This document shows, piece after piece, positions 1 to 11,385 of a stretch of DNA of 64,000 nucleotides. The DNA comes from Macrostomum lignano (Eukaryota), in NCBI GenBank assembly GCA_002269645.1, contig NIVC01000312.1:372001-436000 (forward strand), in the 5' to 3' direction. Numbering within the stretch: position 1 is the first letter of the stretch; each line of letters begins with the position of its first letter. Below the pieces are notes generated by a model. That model saw only the letters and a program-made list of their open reading frames with translations, did no database searches and was not told the origin of the DNA. The position numbers and the translations under genes are program-made.

Positions 1-261
1 CAAGGTGAGACGCAGATTTCCTTTCAAAACAGCGTGACCTAGCCGCTAGCTGTGCTGCTTAACCTGAAAATTCACTCAGAAGAACAGCTGCTTAATTCTT
101 GTTATCCAAAGATAACCCAAGGAAAAAGAAACTTGTGACATTATGTACTTTTGCAGTTACTTGCTTGCTTGTATGACATATTCCCAGATAGAAAGAGTAG
201 GAGATTATTGGTGAAATATGAGAGAGTTTGAGATCAAAATTGACGAGACAGAAAGGGTTTA

Positions 262-660
262 AGATGAAGGGATGGGCATGAAGAGATGGACAGGAAGGAA
301 CGTGAGATGAAGGGATGGACAGGAAAGGATGCGAGATGAAGGGATGAACATGAAGGGATAAACATGAAAGGATGGACAGAAAGGGATGTGAGATGAAGGG
401 ATGGAAAGGAAAGGATGTGAGATGAAGGGATTGAAAGGAAGGGATGTGAGATGAAGGGATGGAAAGGAAAGGATGTGAGATAAAGAGATAGCCTGGAAGT
501 GATATAAGATGAAGGGGTGTGAGATGAAGGGATGTGAGTTGAATGGGTGTGAGATGAAGGGGTGTGATATAATGGGATGGACAAGAAGGGATGTGAGATG
601 AAGGGGTGTGAGATAAAGGGGTGTGAGATAAAGGGATGAATAAGAAGGGATGTGAGATGA
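262..660. repeat. Purine-rich degenerate tandem repeat (GATGTGAGATGAAGGG core) in the TTC8 intron
   Basis: Directly visible recurring motif; explains ORFs 92..691, 234..665 and 259..714. Confidence 0.85.
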
Positions 661-732
661 AGCAAGGACAGAAAAGTACACAGTTACACATGGAGACTTT
701 CCTGACAGCACCAATCCGACCGCTTCCCGCAG

Positions 733-1056
733 GCGGTGGGAGACCTCAGCCTCTCCTACCAGGCGTTCCGCTTGGCCCTATCCTACAACAACGATCACGC
801 GGAGGCCTACAACAACTTGGGGGTGCTGGAACTGCGCCGCAACAATCTGGAGATGGCGCGCTCGTTTTTTCAAGCCGCCAGCACCCTCAGCCCGTCGATG
901 TTCGAGCCGCACTACAATGTGGCCATCATGGCCGAGCGCATGGGTGACCTTCAATCAGCCTACCAGTCGGTCAATCGGGCCCAGCAGTTTTTCCCCAACC
1001 ATTCCGATTCCAAGGATATGCTGAATGCGCTTAAAGTACATTTCTCTGAGATTTAA
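733..1056 (+). CDS. TTC8: Terminal coding exon of Bardet-Biedl syndrome 8 / tetratricopeptide repeat protein 8 (BBSome subunit); gene starts upstream of the window
   Basis: Acceptor ttcccgcAG at 731-732. Translation AVGDLSLSYQAFRLALSYNNDHAEAYNNLGVLE...FEPHYN...GDLQSAY...FPNHSDSKDMLNALKVHF closely matches the recalled BBS8 C-terminal TPRs. Upstream donor CAAG/GTGAGA at 4/5. AATAAA at 1148 and 1214. Confidence 0.9.
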   Translation, partial: AVGDLSLSYQAFRLALSYNNDHAEAYNNLGVLELRRNNLEMARSFFQAASTLSPSMFEPHYNVAIMAERMGDLQSAYQSVNRAQQFFPNHSDSKDMLNALKVHFSEI

Positions 1057-1293
1057 ACACAATTGATGCTCGAGTAAGGGTCGTGGAGATAGACTTCAAG
1101 ATTACACTGACGACATCTGCAATTTTACATTAAAATATCTGGTAAAAAATAAAATTCTAATACAATTGCACCTGTGATATAGGCTTTTTAAGTGCTATAT
1201 TACTGCGAGAACAAATAAAGCTAATCTCTGCTTTCAATGCTTTCACTTATAAAAGGATAGAAATTTCTTAATGTCTACTTAAAATTATTTGTG

Positions 1294-1492
<199 letters not shown>

Positions 1493-1888
1493 ATTGTGTC
1501 CCTATTCGATGAGCTCAAGCAATTAATTAACTCAGTGGCAGCCCTACAACCTGTGTTTATAAGACCTACAACTCTTGTCTCAGTGCCGCGTGATTAGGAA
1601 CGGTATTTGTCCCCGGGGCTGCAGCAGGGAGCCAGTTGTTTTTATTGGAGAGCTGCACAGATGAGAATTGAGGAGTATGTGGGAAGCTATCTATGTATCT
1701 ATCTATCTCTTATCTAAGTAAGATAATTAATTCTCATTGAGTGACGTCAAGCGCTTTATTTCAAGGATAAATGAACGAAGAAACTGAGAAGAAAACTCAT
1801 AGCTATGCAACACTTTCCGCATATATTTAATGATATTTGCTCTTATAGTTGGCTTTTTCGACTTCAAGGGTGTCAATTGCTCTTGGAC

Positions 1889-2482
1889 TTAATTCCGGTC
1901 AGAATCTCCTGCGCTCAAGCCGCGCTTCCAGAACGGAGCTCTCTTCCAGAACGGAGCTCTCTTCCAGAACGGAGCTCTCTTCCAGAACGGAGCTCTCTTC
2001 CAGAACGGAGCTCTCTTCCAGAACGGAGCTCGCTTCCAGAACGGAGCTCGCTTCCAGAATGGAGTCCGCTTCCAGAATGGGGCTCGCTTCCAGAACGGAG
2101 CCCGCTTCCAGAATGGAGCCCGCTTCCAGAATGGGGCTCGCTTCCAGAACGGAGCCCGCTTCCAGAACGGAGCCCGCTTCCAGAATGGGGCTCGCTTCCA
2201 GAATGGGGATCGCTTCGAGAATGGGGCTCGCTTCCAGAATGGGGCTCGCTTCCAGAACGGGGCTCGCTTCCAGAACGGAGCGCGCTTATTTTCGCCATGC
2301 AGTCCAGCAGTCGACCGGGCGATGATTTTCTTTGTCACATCCTCATTCAGGATACTACCGGTACTGCGCACCTCCCGTGTCAGGTGCCTGCTGGTGCTTT
2401 TCAAAGCAGAGGAGGCGTCATCCGCTGCAACAACCGCTAGAAGGACCGATGCGAACAACAATGTCAGCGACAACCTTGGCAT
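1889..2482 (-). CDS. Neuropeptide prohormone, 197 aa: signal peptide plus 20 KR-flanked tetrapeptides (17 APFW, 1 APFS, 1 SPFW, 1 TPFW), non-amidated
   Basis: Hydrophobic N-terminus MPRLSLTLLFASVLLAVVAA, a spacer ending in KR, then (xPFxKR)20. Repeat copies vary largely at synonymous positions (GCT/GCC, CCG/CCA, AGA/CGA/CGG). Acceptor ttgcAG 16 nt before the ATG; minus-strand AATAAA at 1755-1760. Confidence 0.9.
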   Translation of the reverse strand: MPRLSLTLLFASVLLAVVAADDASSALKSTSRHLTREVRSTGSILNEDVTKKIIARSTAGLHGENKRAPFWKRAPFWKRAPFWKRAPFSKRSPFWKRAPFWKRAPFWKRAPFWKRAPFWKRAPFWKRAPFWKRAPFWKRTPFWKRAPFWKRAPFWKRAPFWKRAPFWKRAPFWKRAPFWKRAPFWKRGLSAGDSDRN

Positions 2483-2591
2483 TGTAGCGCAGGTTTCACT
2501 GCAACATAGATTGAAAAAGTCGAACGTCTATTACGAGCGTAAATATCTATACGATGACATCTGAACATGAATGCATCAAAGACAGGTTTAC

Positions 2592-2692
2592 CTTTAAGGC
2601 TTTCGATACTGTCGATAATTCACAAAATATTTTGCCGCTAATCCGCCTTGTTGACTCAGAGTGGGGAGCGACTGTGAATTGCCGATTTTATA
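2592..2692 (-). promoter_or_regulatory. Putative TATA box and short 5'UTR exon of the prohormone gene
   Basis: Minus-strand TATAAAA at 2692-2686 and TGAGTCA (AP-1-like) nearby. Donor AAAG/GTAAAC at 2592/2591 pairs with the acceptor at 2500-2499, giving a 93-nt intron. Confidence 0.5.
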
Positions 2693-2819
2693 AGATGCCG
2701 ATGGATTGTCAGCCTTTGCCGATTTGCTGGAAGTCTGTGAGCTCTGGTTGGCTCGATGAATGCGGAGCTTTTGAGGGCTCGTGTCTTCGTTGTCTGCTTC
2801 CTGTCTTCTGAAATTTGTT

Positions 2820-4540
2820 TTAGTGTCTGGCTTAGTGCATAGTGACTTAGTGCACTTAGTGTCTTAGTGTCTGGCTTAGTGCATAGTGACTTAGTGCACT
2901 TAGTGTCTTAGTGTCTGGCTTAGTGCATAGTGACTTAGTGCACTTAGTGTCTTAGTGTCTGGCTTAGTGCATAGTGACTTAGTGCACTTAGTGTCTTAGT
3001 GTCTGGCTTAGTGCATAGTGACTTAGTGCACTTAGTGTCTTAGTGTCTGGCTTAGCGCACTAGTGACTTAAGTGCACTTAGTGTCTTAGTGTCTGGCTTA
3101 GTGCATAGTGACTTAGTGCACTTAGTGTCTTAGTGTCTGGCTTAGTGCACTAGTGACTTAGTGTCTGGCTTAGTGCACTAGTGACTTAAATGCACTTAGT
3201 GTCTTAGTGTCTGGCTTAGTGCACTAGTGACTTAGTGTCTGGCTTAGTGCACTAGTGACTTAGTGTCTGGCTTAGTGCACTTAGTGTCTTAGTGTCTGGC
3301 TTAGCGCACTAGTGACTTAAGTGCACTTAGTGTCTTAGTGTCTGGCTTAGCGCACTAGTGACTTAGTGCACTTAGTGTCTTAGTGTCTGGCTTAGTGCAT
3401 AGTGACTTAGTGCACTTAGTGTCTTAGTGTCTGGCTTAGTGCATAGTGACTTAGTGCACTTAGTGTCTTAGTGTCTGGCTTAGTGCATAGTGACTTAGTG
3501 CACTTAGTGTCTTAGTGTCTGGCTTAGCGCACTAGTGACTTAAGTGCACTTAGTGTCTTAGTGTCTGGCTTAGTGCATAGTGACTTAGTGCACTTAGTGT
3601 CTTAGTGTCTGGCTTAGTGCACTAGTGACTTAAGTGCACTTAGTGTCTTAGTGTCTGGCTTAGCGCACTAGTGACTTAAGTGCACTTAGTGTCTTAGTGT
3701 CTGGCTTAGCGCACTAGTGACTTAAGTGCACTTAGTGTCTTAGTGTCTGGCTTAGCGCACTAGTGACTTAAGTGCACTTAGTGTCTTAGTGTCTGGCTTA
3801 GCGCACTAGTGACTTAAGTGCACTTAGTGTCTTAGTGTCTGGCTTAGCGCACTAGTGACTTAGTGTCTGGCTTAGTGCACTAGTGACTTAAATGCACTTA
3901 GTGTCTTAGTGTCTGGCTTAGTGCACTAGTGACTTAGTGTCTGGCTTAGTGCACTAGTGACTTAAATGCACTTAGTGTCTTAGTGTCTGGCTTAGTGCAC
4001 TAGTGACTTAATGTCTGGCTTAGTGCACTAGTGACTTAGTGTCTGGCTTAGTGCACTTAGTGTCTTAGTGTCTGGCTTAGCGCACTAGTAACTTAAGTGC
4101 ACTTAGTGTCTTAGTGTCTGGCTTAGTGCACTAGTGACTTAGTGTCTGGCTTAGTGCACTAGTGACTTAGTGTCTGGCTTAGTGCACTAGTGACTTAGTG
4201 TCTGGCTTAGTGCACTTAGTGTCTTAGTGTCTGGCTTAGCGCACTAGTGACTTGGTGCACTTAGTGTCTTAGTGTCTGGCTTAGTGCATAGTGACTTGGT
4301 GCACTTAGTGTCTTAGTGTCTGGCTTAGTGCATAGTGACTTGGTGCACTTAGTGTCTTAGTGTCTGGCTTAGTGCATAGTGACTTGGTGCACTTAGTGTC
4401 TTAGTGTCTGGCTTAGTGCATAGTGACTTGGTGCACTTAGTGTCTTAGTGTCTGGCTTAGTGCATAGTGACTTGGTGCACTTAGTGTCTTAGTGTCTGGC
4501 TTAGTGCATAGTGACTTGGTGCACCTAATGTATTAGTGTC
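2820..4540. repeat. Minisatellite, about 43-44-bp unit built from TTAGTG submotifs (TTAGTGTCTGGCTTAGTGCATAGTGACTTAGTGCACTTAGTGTC)
   Basis: Visible tandem array of about 1.7 kb with variant units. Confidence 0.95.
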
Positions 4541-5136
4541 TGCGTACACTATTAAAACTAGTGCGGGATACGCCAAAGGCTTCTTCAACTGATCTAGCCC
4601 GTCCGACCAAGGCTCTTTGATGACACCAGAAGGTGATGCTCACTAGTTGAGTCCAGCATCTTTACGAAATCCCACTAAAAATCGAAATCACAGGCAACTA
4701 TAGCCATGGTGCAGCTTCATTCAGTAGACAAGCAGCGAATTAGCATCGAACGGCGAATTGAATTGTCTCTCACAGTGGGTGGAGCGACGGTTCGGCAATT
4801 TTTGTTCATTTACTCTCGTTTGGTCTGCGACTGGACTTCACCGGTTCTTTACAGGATATGTCAGCCGAGTCTGCAGCACAAGATTTCTAGGTGACACCGA
4901 CGATCCAGTTGGCATCAAAGACGTACTGGTTCCTGAGTTCATCTGCGAGGAGTTTGATTTGCCGACTAACGACTGTCGAGAAAATAAGACTGAAACACTA
5001 GAACTAAATTAGATGATAGATTGAATACTAAGAGGGGTGGAGTGCGCGACTAAAGAGAGAGGTGAGAATGGAGAGCCAATCAGAAGGCAGCAAGGGAGAG
5101 AGAGATAAGAATAACAAGATTGAGCTAGACAGAGAG

Positions 5137-5463
5137 CCTCTTCATATCGCCGGTTCGAAAAACGGAACCGGTTCCGAACCGGTTCGATGCTCTTCATATC
5201 GATGGTTCGAAAAAAAGAATCAGTTCCGGAACATGGCTCTGGTTCTAGAATATGGTTCGAGAAATTTTCTCGAACCGTTGTCATGCTTACACTTTAACAG
5301 TAAAATATATTTGAAATCGTCAATTTTTTATTATTGTTATATAATTATTCAGTTTTTTGTCATATCCAATAGGAAACAAAGTCAAAGAACGACAAAATTA
5401 AATTGTAAAGACTTTCAAACATAAAACGGGTTCGAAGCTTCTCATTTAACACTGGTTCTGGTT
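5137..5463. mobile_element. Possible small non-autonomous element rich in palindromic (A)ACCGGTT(C)/GGTTCGAA motifs
   Basis: Clustered palindromes such as ggaaccggttccgaaccggttcg. Flanks ctagacagagag (5125-5136) and ctagatagagag (5464-5475) match at 11/12. Confidence 0.3.
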
Positions 5464-6691
5464 CTAGATAGAGAGAGAAAACAGAGTAAACAGAGACAAG
5501 TGAAGGTGAACTAAGAAATGAATAGGAAAGTCGCGACACCGACGACCCTGATGTACAACGACTACTGGTGGAGTTCAAAGACTTCAGTAGAGTTCAAGAA
5601 AAAGCCGGGACTAACTCAGCTGCAACAGCCTGACTAACTCAGCCAGGACAGGGAGAGCTTTTGGCTTTGGTTTAGATGTGGAGGTCCTGCAGTTAAACCT
5701 GTGGTCCAGGCTTTGCGAGTGAGGCCCAGGCATCGGACTTGCTTCTCCATGAAAATTTCCTTTCCATCGAGGGTACGAGGGGCTTCATGGTCCAGAGTAG
5801 TCTAGTTTGTTGGTAGACATAACCGCTGTGGTTTTCGACTCTGAGAGTCTGAGACCAAGTCTGAGACCAGACACTCTCTGGACAGGTGCAATTTGTGAGC
5901 AAGGTGTGGTAGCCCTGGACTCTAAGCTCAATTCCTCAATTGACGCAAAAATAATTTGGCGATAAATACAACCAGGAGAAGTAGCACAACAGCTAATTGA
6001 CCCCTATAGTAACTAGTAGCTAGTAACTTCTAGTGGTCTTTGTGCGGACCTGGAGGAAATGGAATGAAGCAGCTAGTTAGTGAACACATCTACCGATGAA
6101 AATACCTCGTATTGGCTATCTCATGAAATGCCTGCATGGTTAAGGACAAAACAGACTAGCTAGAGCACATGTAGTAACTCAATACGCACAGCCTCATCAA
6201 GGTGCGGTGAATCAGCTAATAGTGAGAGCTGGCAAAAACAATTCTAGATAAGTGAGTCGAAATTTAGCATATGAAAAAGCATTTTTACAATTTTATCTGC
6301 AGGAACAGTTTTACATGCCCAGGTGAAAGAATTCACTCAGCTACAAAATTGTAGTTGATTTTTTCAACTCGGTGACTTTTACATGTATGTATTTAGGTAA
6401 AGCATTCTTTTAAGAATAAAAAATTTCTTGTTGTCATTTGTATGCACGGATAATAAATTCAAGAATGTATCATTCGACAAATTGAATGCTCTGGTATATT
6501 AATGTCTGAATTGAGATTAACTTTTTCACAGAAAGGAATGCTAGTTTTTGTTTAAATTAAAATTCCATTGTAGCAACTGAACTTCAATAAAAACGACTTT
6601 AAAAGCGTGGAACCATTTTATTATTTGAGAAACTTTAGAGCTACTTTTACCAGCCATAATTAATTTTTTTTATTAAACAGACAAACAAGCG

Positions 6692-9600
6692 ATGCAGAGG
6701 TCCTTAGCCACAAGCACTGCTGTCTTGCTGATTAGCGCTGCCATTTTGGCCAACTTCTTTACACACGTGGAGTCCCGTAAGTTGACAACTCAAGATGTTT
6801 TCTTGTGTGTTGCTTTTACTGTCAAATTGCAGATGATGTCAATCCTACATTGAATTAATTATCCGTCATGAGTCCACCTAGGATAAAACATACAAGTTAA
6901 GTAACTATTTTGGTAAATTTAGCTCGAAATGCATCAGCGAGGGGGGATCCGTAGGGAATTGCTGAGATGTCAAGACTCAGAGTATGATTGCTGAAATGCT
7001 GTGGCTCAAGACTCCTGGAAGAAAAGCTTCAATTCCAAAGCTCAAAGGGGATGCTGTCATGCTGATATCAACTAACAATAGTGACTGTAAAAGGTCAAAA
7101 GCTGCATGTTCTAGTTGATTCAAAAAATTAATTCCTTACCTTTTGCCCCCCCCTCAATGAGGGGCGAAGATTGCTAGTCCTATATACTAAATATAGTCCT
7201 TATGTATCTCCTTAATGTATTTTCTCCAACAGATTCTTCTTGACCAAACCTTAAGCAGCGCAATATCAAAAATGAAATTTTTGCGAAATCTGCTTCATTA
7301 CTCTTAATTTAGTCTTTTTTTCAATTTTTGTCGTCATTGGAAATAAGCATCGAAAAGACACGCATTTGATTTGTTTTCAAAATAACAAAAACTATCTGGG
7401 AATTAAAAATGCATAAATATCGTGGATTAGTTGCCAAAAAGTTGAGAAATTTCCACCTCAAGAATGCATTTTGAACCGAAACTGGTTTTTAGTGAAAGTT
7501 TATTGTGCGAGTGTAGCGCAATTCTTTCATCGCTGTCAGAGTTCTACATATTTTACCTATAAATGCGTTTACTTAACAACATATCACCATCTATCAATAC
7601 AACCGGTTCGCAATAAAAAACAATTCGAAAACAATTTCAGTCAGGATCAGCAAAAAATGTAAGTCTTTTCTTCTTTAAAATTATACTGCAAATACGCGTA
7701 CTCGTGGTATAGGCGTTGCTGCACTTGCAAGCCGCGCAATATCCCCCATTTTGACAATAAAGTTTTTGCCATAGACTACGATGCGGGGGGGAGTTGAACG
7801 CGTCTGACTCTTGCGCCACGAACATGAAGGAAGGAATAGAATGGAGTGCTAATCTGCACCAGTTATTTCTGTCTGTAACAGTAACAGTAATAAGTAACTC
7901 GGCGCCTCAGCCATTGATCAGGCTCTTACGCCACTAGTGAAAACTTAGATTCCAAATAGGGGGTGTACTTATGTACACAAAAAGCCAAGTTAGACTATAG
8001 AGGACTGTACAAAGGGCAATATCACAAAAACCAAACCTCCCCGGGGGTCAGTGACAGCGGTTCGACGAACCAGTCAGGGAGCCCGAGCCCAAAAACCAGG
8101 TTAGAAAGACCCCTTGCCTATTAGGGTTGGCCCCTAATCGAAAATCGAAAAATCGAAAACCTCCCCGGGGCCAGAGGGGGAGTGCGAACCAATCAGGGAA
8201 GCCCGTGCCTTCACCGGGTTAGGAAAGCCAAAAAAACCGGTCGTATGACCGCCCCCACGGCCGTGGCAACCCTCGAGGAACCTCCCCCAACTAAACCCCG
8301 GGTACTCTTGCCAGACAGTCTCTTATCTTTGAAGCGGCAGGAGGGCTAATCGCCGGGACTATTTCACCCTTTGCTTCGCCAACCCGCCATTTCTATAGTG
8401 ACCGTGCCAACGGTCTCGCCCTGCTCAGACTCAGTCCTGGTTCTGGCACACTCCAGCTTTAATAGGGTCGCTGGCTGTTCGCTCAGAGGGCACTTGAGGG
8501 AGACCGTCAAAGCACCAACTGGAACAGGTATAGGCCTGCCTTCCTATACAGCTACCCACAGCCCTTCCTGATCCACTATTACCCTCCAACCCAGCCTACT
8601 CACTCATTACAAGCTTTCAGCCAGGCAGAGACAAGTTTCACAGGGGTACTGCGGTTAGGCGTCTCTATGCGAGACAGAACCACCAGTTATTTCTGTCTCG
8701 CTCGACCTTCACTTTTAGCATCCCTTTCCTCCCGTTCCTCCCTATTGGCTCCATTTATACATTTCAGAGGTAATGTACTCGTATGTCTCACAACGGCAAC
8801 GTCTGCACAGAAAATGAGTGCTTATATTATTCTAGCTTTACCTAATTGCTCTGATGTGGCTTTAGACTGAGTCCTACCCACATTGCCGCTAGAGAGCAGT
8901 GGTCAACGCAGCGTGTTGGCACTTTTAACTATATTGTTTTCAGTCGTCTCATGCACTTATTACTGTTGCAGATGAGTACCAAGGTTGCTTCGCACTTATC
9001 CGAGAAGCACAAGCAATACCATTAGGGCACAAAGCAGCAAACTCATCCAAAATGACTGCGGACGTCTGCGCCGAGCACTGCGCCTGGGGTGACTACGCTT
9101 TCTTCGGACTAAAAGCCGGCTCAGAGTGCTGGTGCGGCAACCGAATTAAGTCAATCAAACTTCCACCTGAATTTTGCAACAGGATTTGCACTGGCAGCTT
9201 CTACGAAACATGCGGCGGAAGCAGTTATTTGCAAATTTACAAGGGAGTTAGTCTTGCCATCTTGAGGAAAAGGTGAGTCGTGTGCCATTGTTGAAACACC
9301 TCTCCACTACAGCACTCCACTACAGCACTCCACTACAGCACTCCACTACAGCACTCCACTACAGCACTCCACTACAGCACTCCACTACAGCACTCCACTA
9401 CAGCACTCCACTACAGCACTCCACTACAGCACTCCACTACAGCACTCCACTACAGCACTCCACTACAGCACTCCACTACAGCACTCCACTACAGCACTCC
9501 ACTACAGCACTCCACTACAGCACTCCACTACAGCACTCCACTACAGCACTCCACTACAGCACTCCACTACAGCACTCCACTACAGCATTACTCCACTACA

Positions 9601-9777
9601 GCACCTCTCTACTACAGCACCACTCTACTACAGCACTCCACTACAGCACCTCTCCACTACAGCACTCTACTACAGCATTACTTCACTACAGCATTCCACT
9701 ACAGCACCTCTCCACTCCACCACTCCACTAGTCAAGGACGGCTCCAACAAAATCCTACTGGCCCAGGCTGCCAATAA
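6692..9777 (+). CDS. Small secreted single-WSC-domain protein, about 143 aa; exons 6692-6776, 8972-9272, 9732-9777 (last exon tentative)
   Basis: Exon 1 encodes signal peptide MQRSLATSTAVLLISAAILANFFTHVES with donor C/GTAAGT (phase 1). Exon 2 follows acceptor ttgcAG (phase 1) and encodes YQGCF...MTADVCAEHC...YAFFGLKAGSECWCGN...CNRICTG...ETCGG..YLQIY, the 8-Cys WSC pattern; donor AG/GTGAGT at 9272/9273. Phase-2 acceptor ccactAG at 9730-9731. Confidence 0.8.
7875..8680 (-). mobile_element. 806-bp non-coding retroposed element (LINE-derived or SINE-like) in WSC-gene intron 1
   Basis: 18-bp direct repeat caccagttatttctgtct at 7857-7874 and 8681-8698; simple-repeat tail (TGTTAC/TTAC) at the minus-strand 3' end; internal partial duplication (about 8030-8110 vs 8155-8230). 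Confidence 0.7.
9300..9730. repeat. 13-bp minisatellite (CAGCACTCCACTA)n filling WSC-gene intron 2
   Basis: Visible tandem array; explains ORF 9273..9731. Confidence 0.95.
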
Positions 9778-10076
9778 TGCGGCCGTATACATAAGAGATT
9801 GTGCGCCAGAAGTTGCAACAACCAATATTCTTCCAACTTTTTCGGACTGCATATTAATGACACAAAATGTTCCGGAATGCTCGTGTTTGAAATATTGCTC
9901 TCTGATCAATCTAATAACCCAAAGCTGCATTCATAATGTGAGAGCCACAAAGAAACTAATTTCCTGCAATCTCAGCCTTTCTTTTTTTCCGTTAAAATTT
10001 TTTTGACAAACTCTCGGCTGATGCTAAGAAAAGCATGTCATTACTGTGTAGTGAATTGCTGGCATTTATGAGCTGA

Positions 10077-10854
10077 ACACAGCTGAATAACATATCTAAC
10101 AGCTGAATAACATATCTAACAGCTGAATAGCATATCTAACAGCTGAATAACATATCTAACAGCTGAATAACATATCTAACAGCTGAATAACATATCTAAC
10201 AGCTGAATAACATATCTAACAGCTGAATAGCATATCTAACAGCTGAATAACATATCTAACAGCTGAATAACATATCTAACAGCTGAATAACTTATCTAAC
10301 AGCTGAATAACATATCTAACAGCTGAATAGCATATCTAACAGCTGAATAACATATCTAACAGCTGAATAACATATCTAACAGCTGAATAACATATCTAAC
10401 AGCTGAATAGCATATCTAACAGCTGAATAACATATCTAACAGCTGAATAACATATCTAACAGCTGAATAACTTATCTAACAGCTGAATAACATATCTAAC
10501 AGCTGAATAGCATATCTAACAGCTGAATAACATATCTAACAGCTGAATAACATATCTAACAGCTGAATAACTTATCTAACAGCTGAATAACATATCTAAC
10601 AGCTGAATAGCATATCTAACAGCTGAATAGCATATCTAACAGCTGAATAGCATATCTAACAGCTGAATAACATATCTAACAGCTGAATAACATATCTAAC
10701 AGCTGAATAACATATCTAACAGCTGAATAACTTATCTAACAGCTGAATAACATATCTAACAGCTGAATAACTTATCTAACAGCTGAATAACATATCTAAC
10801 AGCTGAATAACATATCTAACAGCTGAATAACTTATCTAACAGCTGAATAACATA
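10077..10854. repeat. 20-bp minisatellite (ACAGCTGAATAACATATCTA)n
   Basis: Highly homogeneous visible array. Confidence 0.97.
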
Positions 10855-11019
10855 TTAAATCAAAAACGCATCAAAATCAAAACAGAAGAAGAACGGTGGG
10901 TAATATTTTGAGTTTTTATTGGATTAATAGAAAAAAGTGGATCAAGGCCAGATTTGGCGGTTTGTACATCTGTACATTAGGGCAGATGTATTCAATCATT
11001 GTTATTATTTACATTGATC

Positions 11020-11385
11020 TATAGTGCCTTGGTGTACTAGTGCCTTAGTGTACTAGTGATTTAGTGTACTAGTGCATTATTAGTGTACTAGTGACTTAGT
11101 ATACTATAGAATTAGTGTACTAGTGCCTTAGTGTACTACAGAATTAGTGTACTAGGGACTTAGTGTACTAGTGCATTATTGTACTAGTGACTTAGTATAC
11201 TATATAATTAGTGTACTAGTGCCTTAGTGTACTAGTGACTTAGTGTACTAGTGCATTATTGTACTAGTGACTTAGTGTACTAGTGCATTATTGTACTAGT
11301 GACTTAGTATACTATAGAATTAGTGTACTAGTGCCTTAGTGTACTACAGAATTAGTGTAGCGCCTTAGTGTACTAGTGCCTTAGT
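11020..11385. repeat. Degenerate TTAGTGTACTAGTG array related to the 2820-4540 array
   Basis: Shared TTAGTG, ACTAGT and GTGACTTAGT motifs. Confidence 0.85.

Noticed and set aside
1805-2440. Alternative ORFs over the prohormone repeat (LPERSS, SRTEL, RSGSE)
   Set aside because: Only the minus-strand frame has a signal peptide, KR sites and silent-site variation.
4540-6200. LTR-like sequence flanking the 5137-5463 element
   Set aside because: No termini, TSD or coding domain could be defined.
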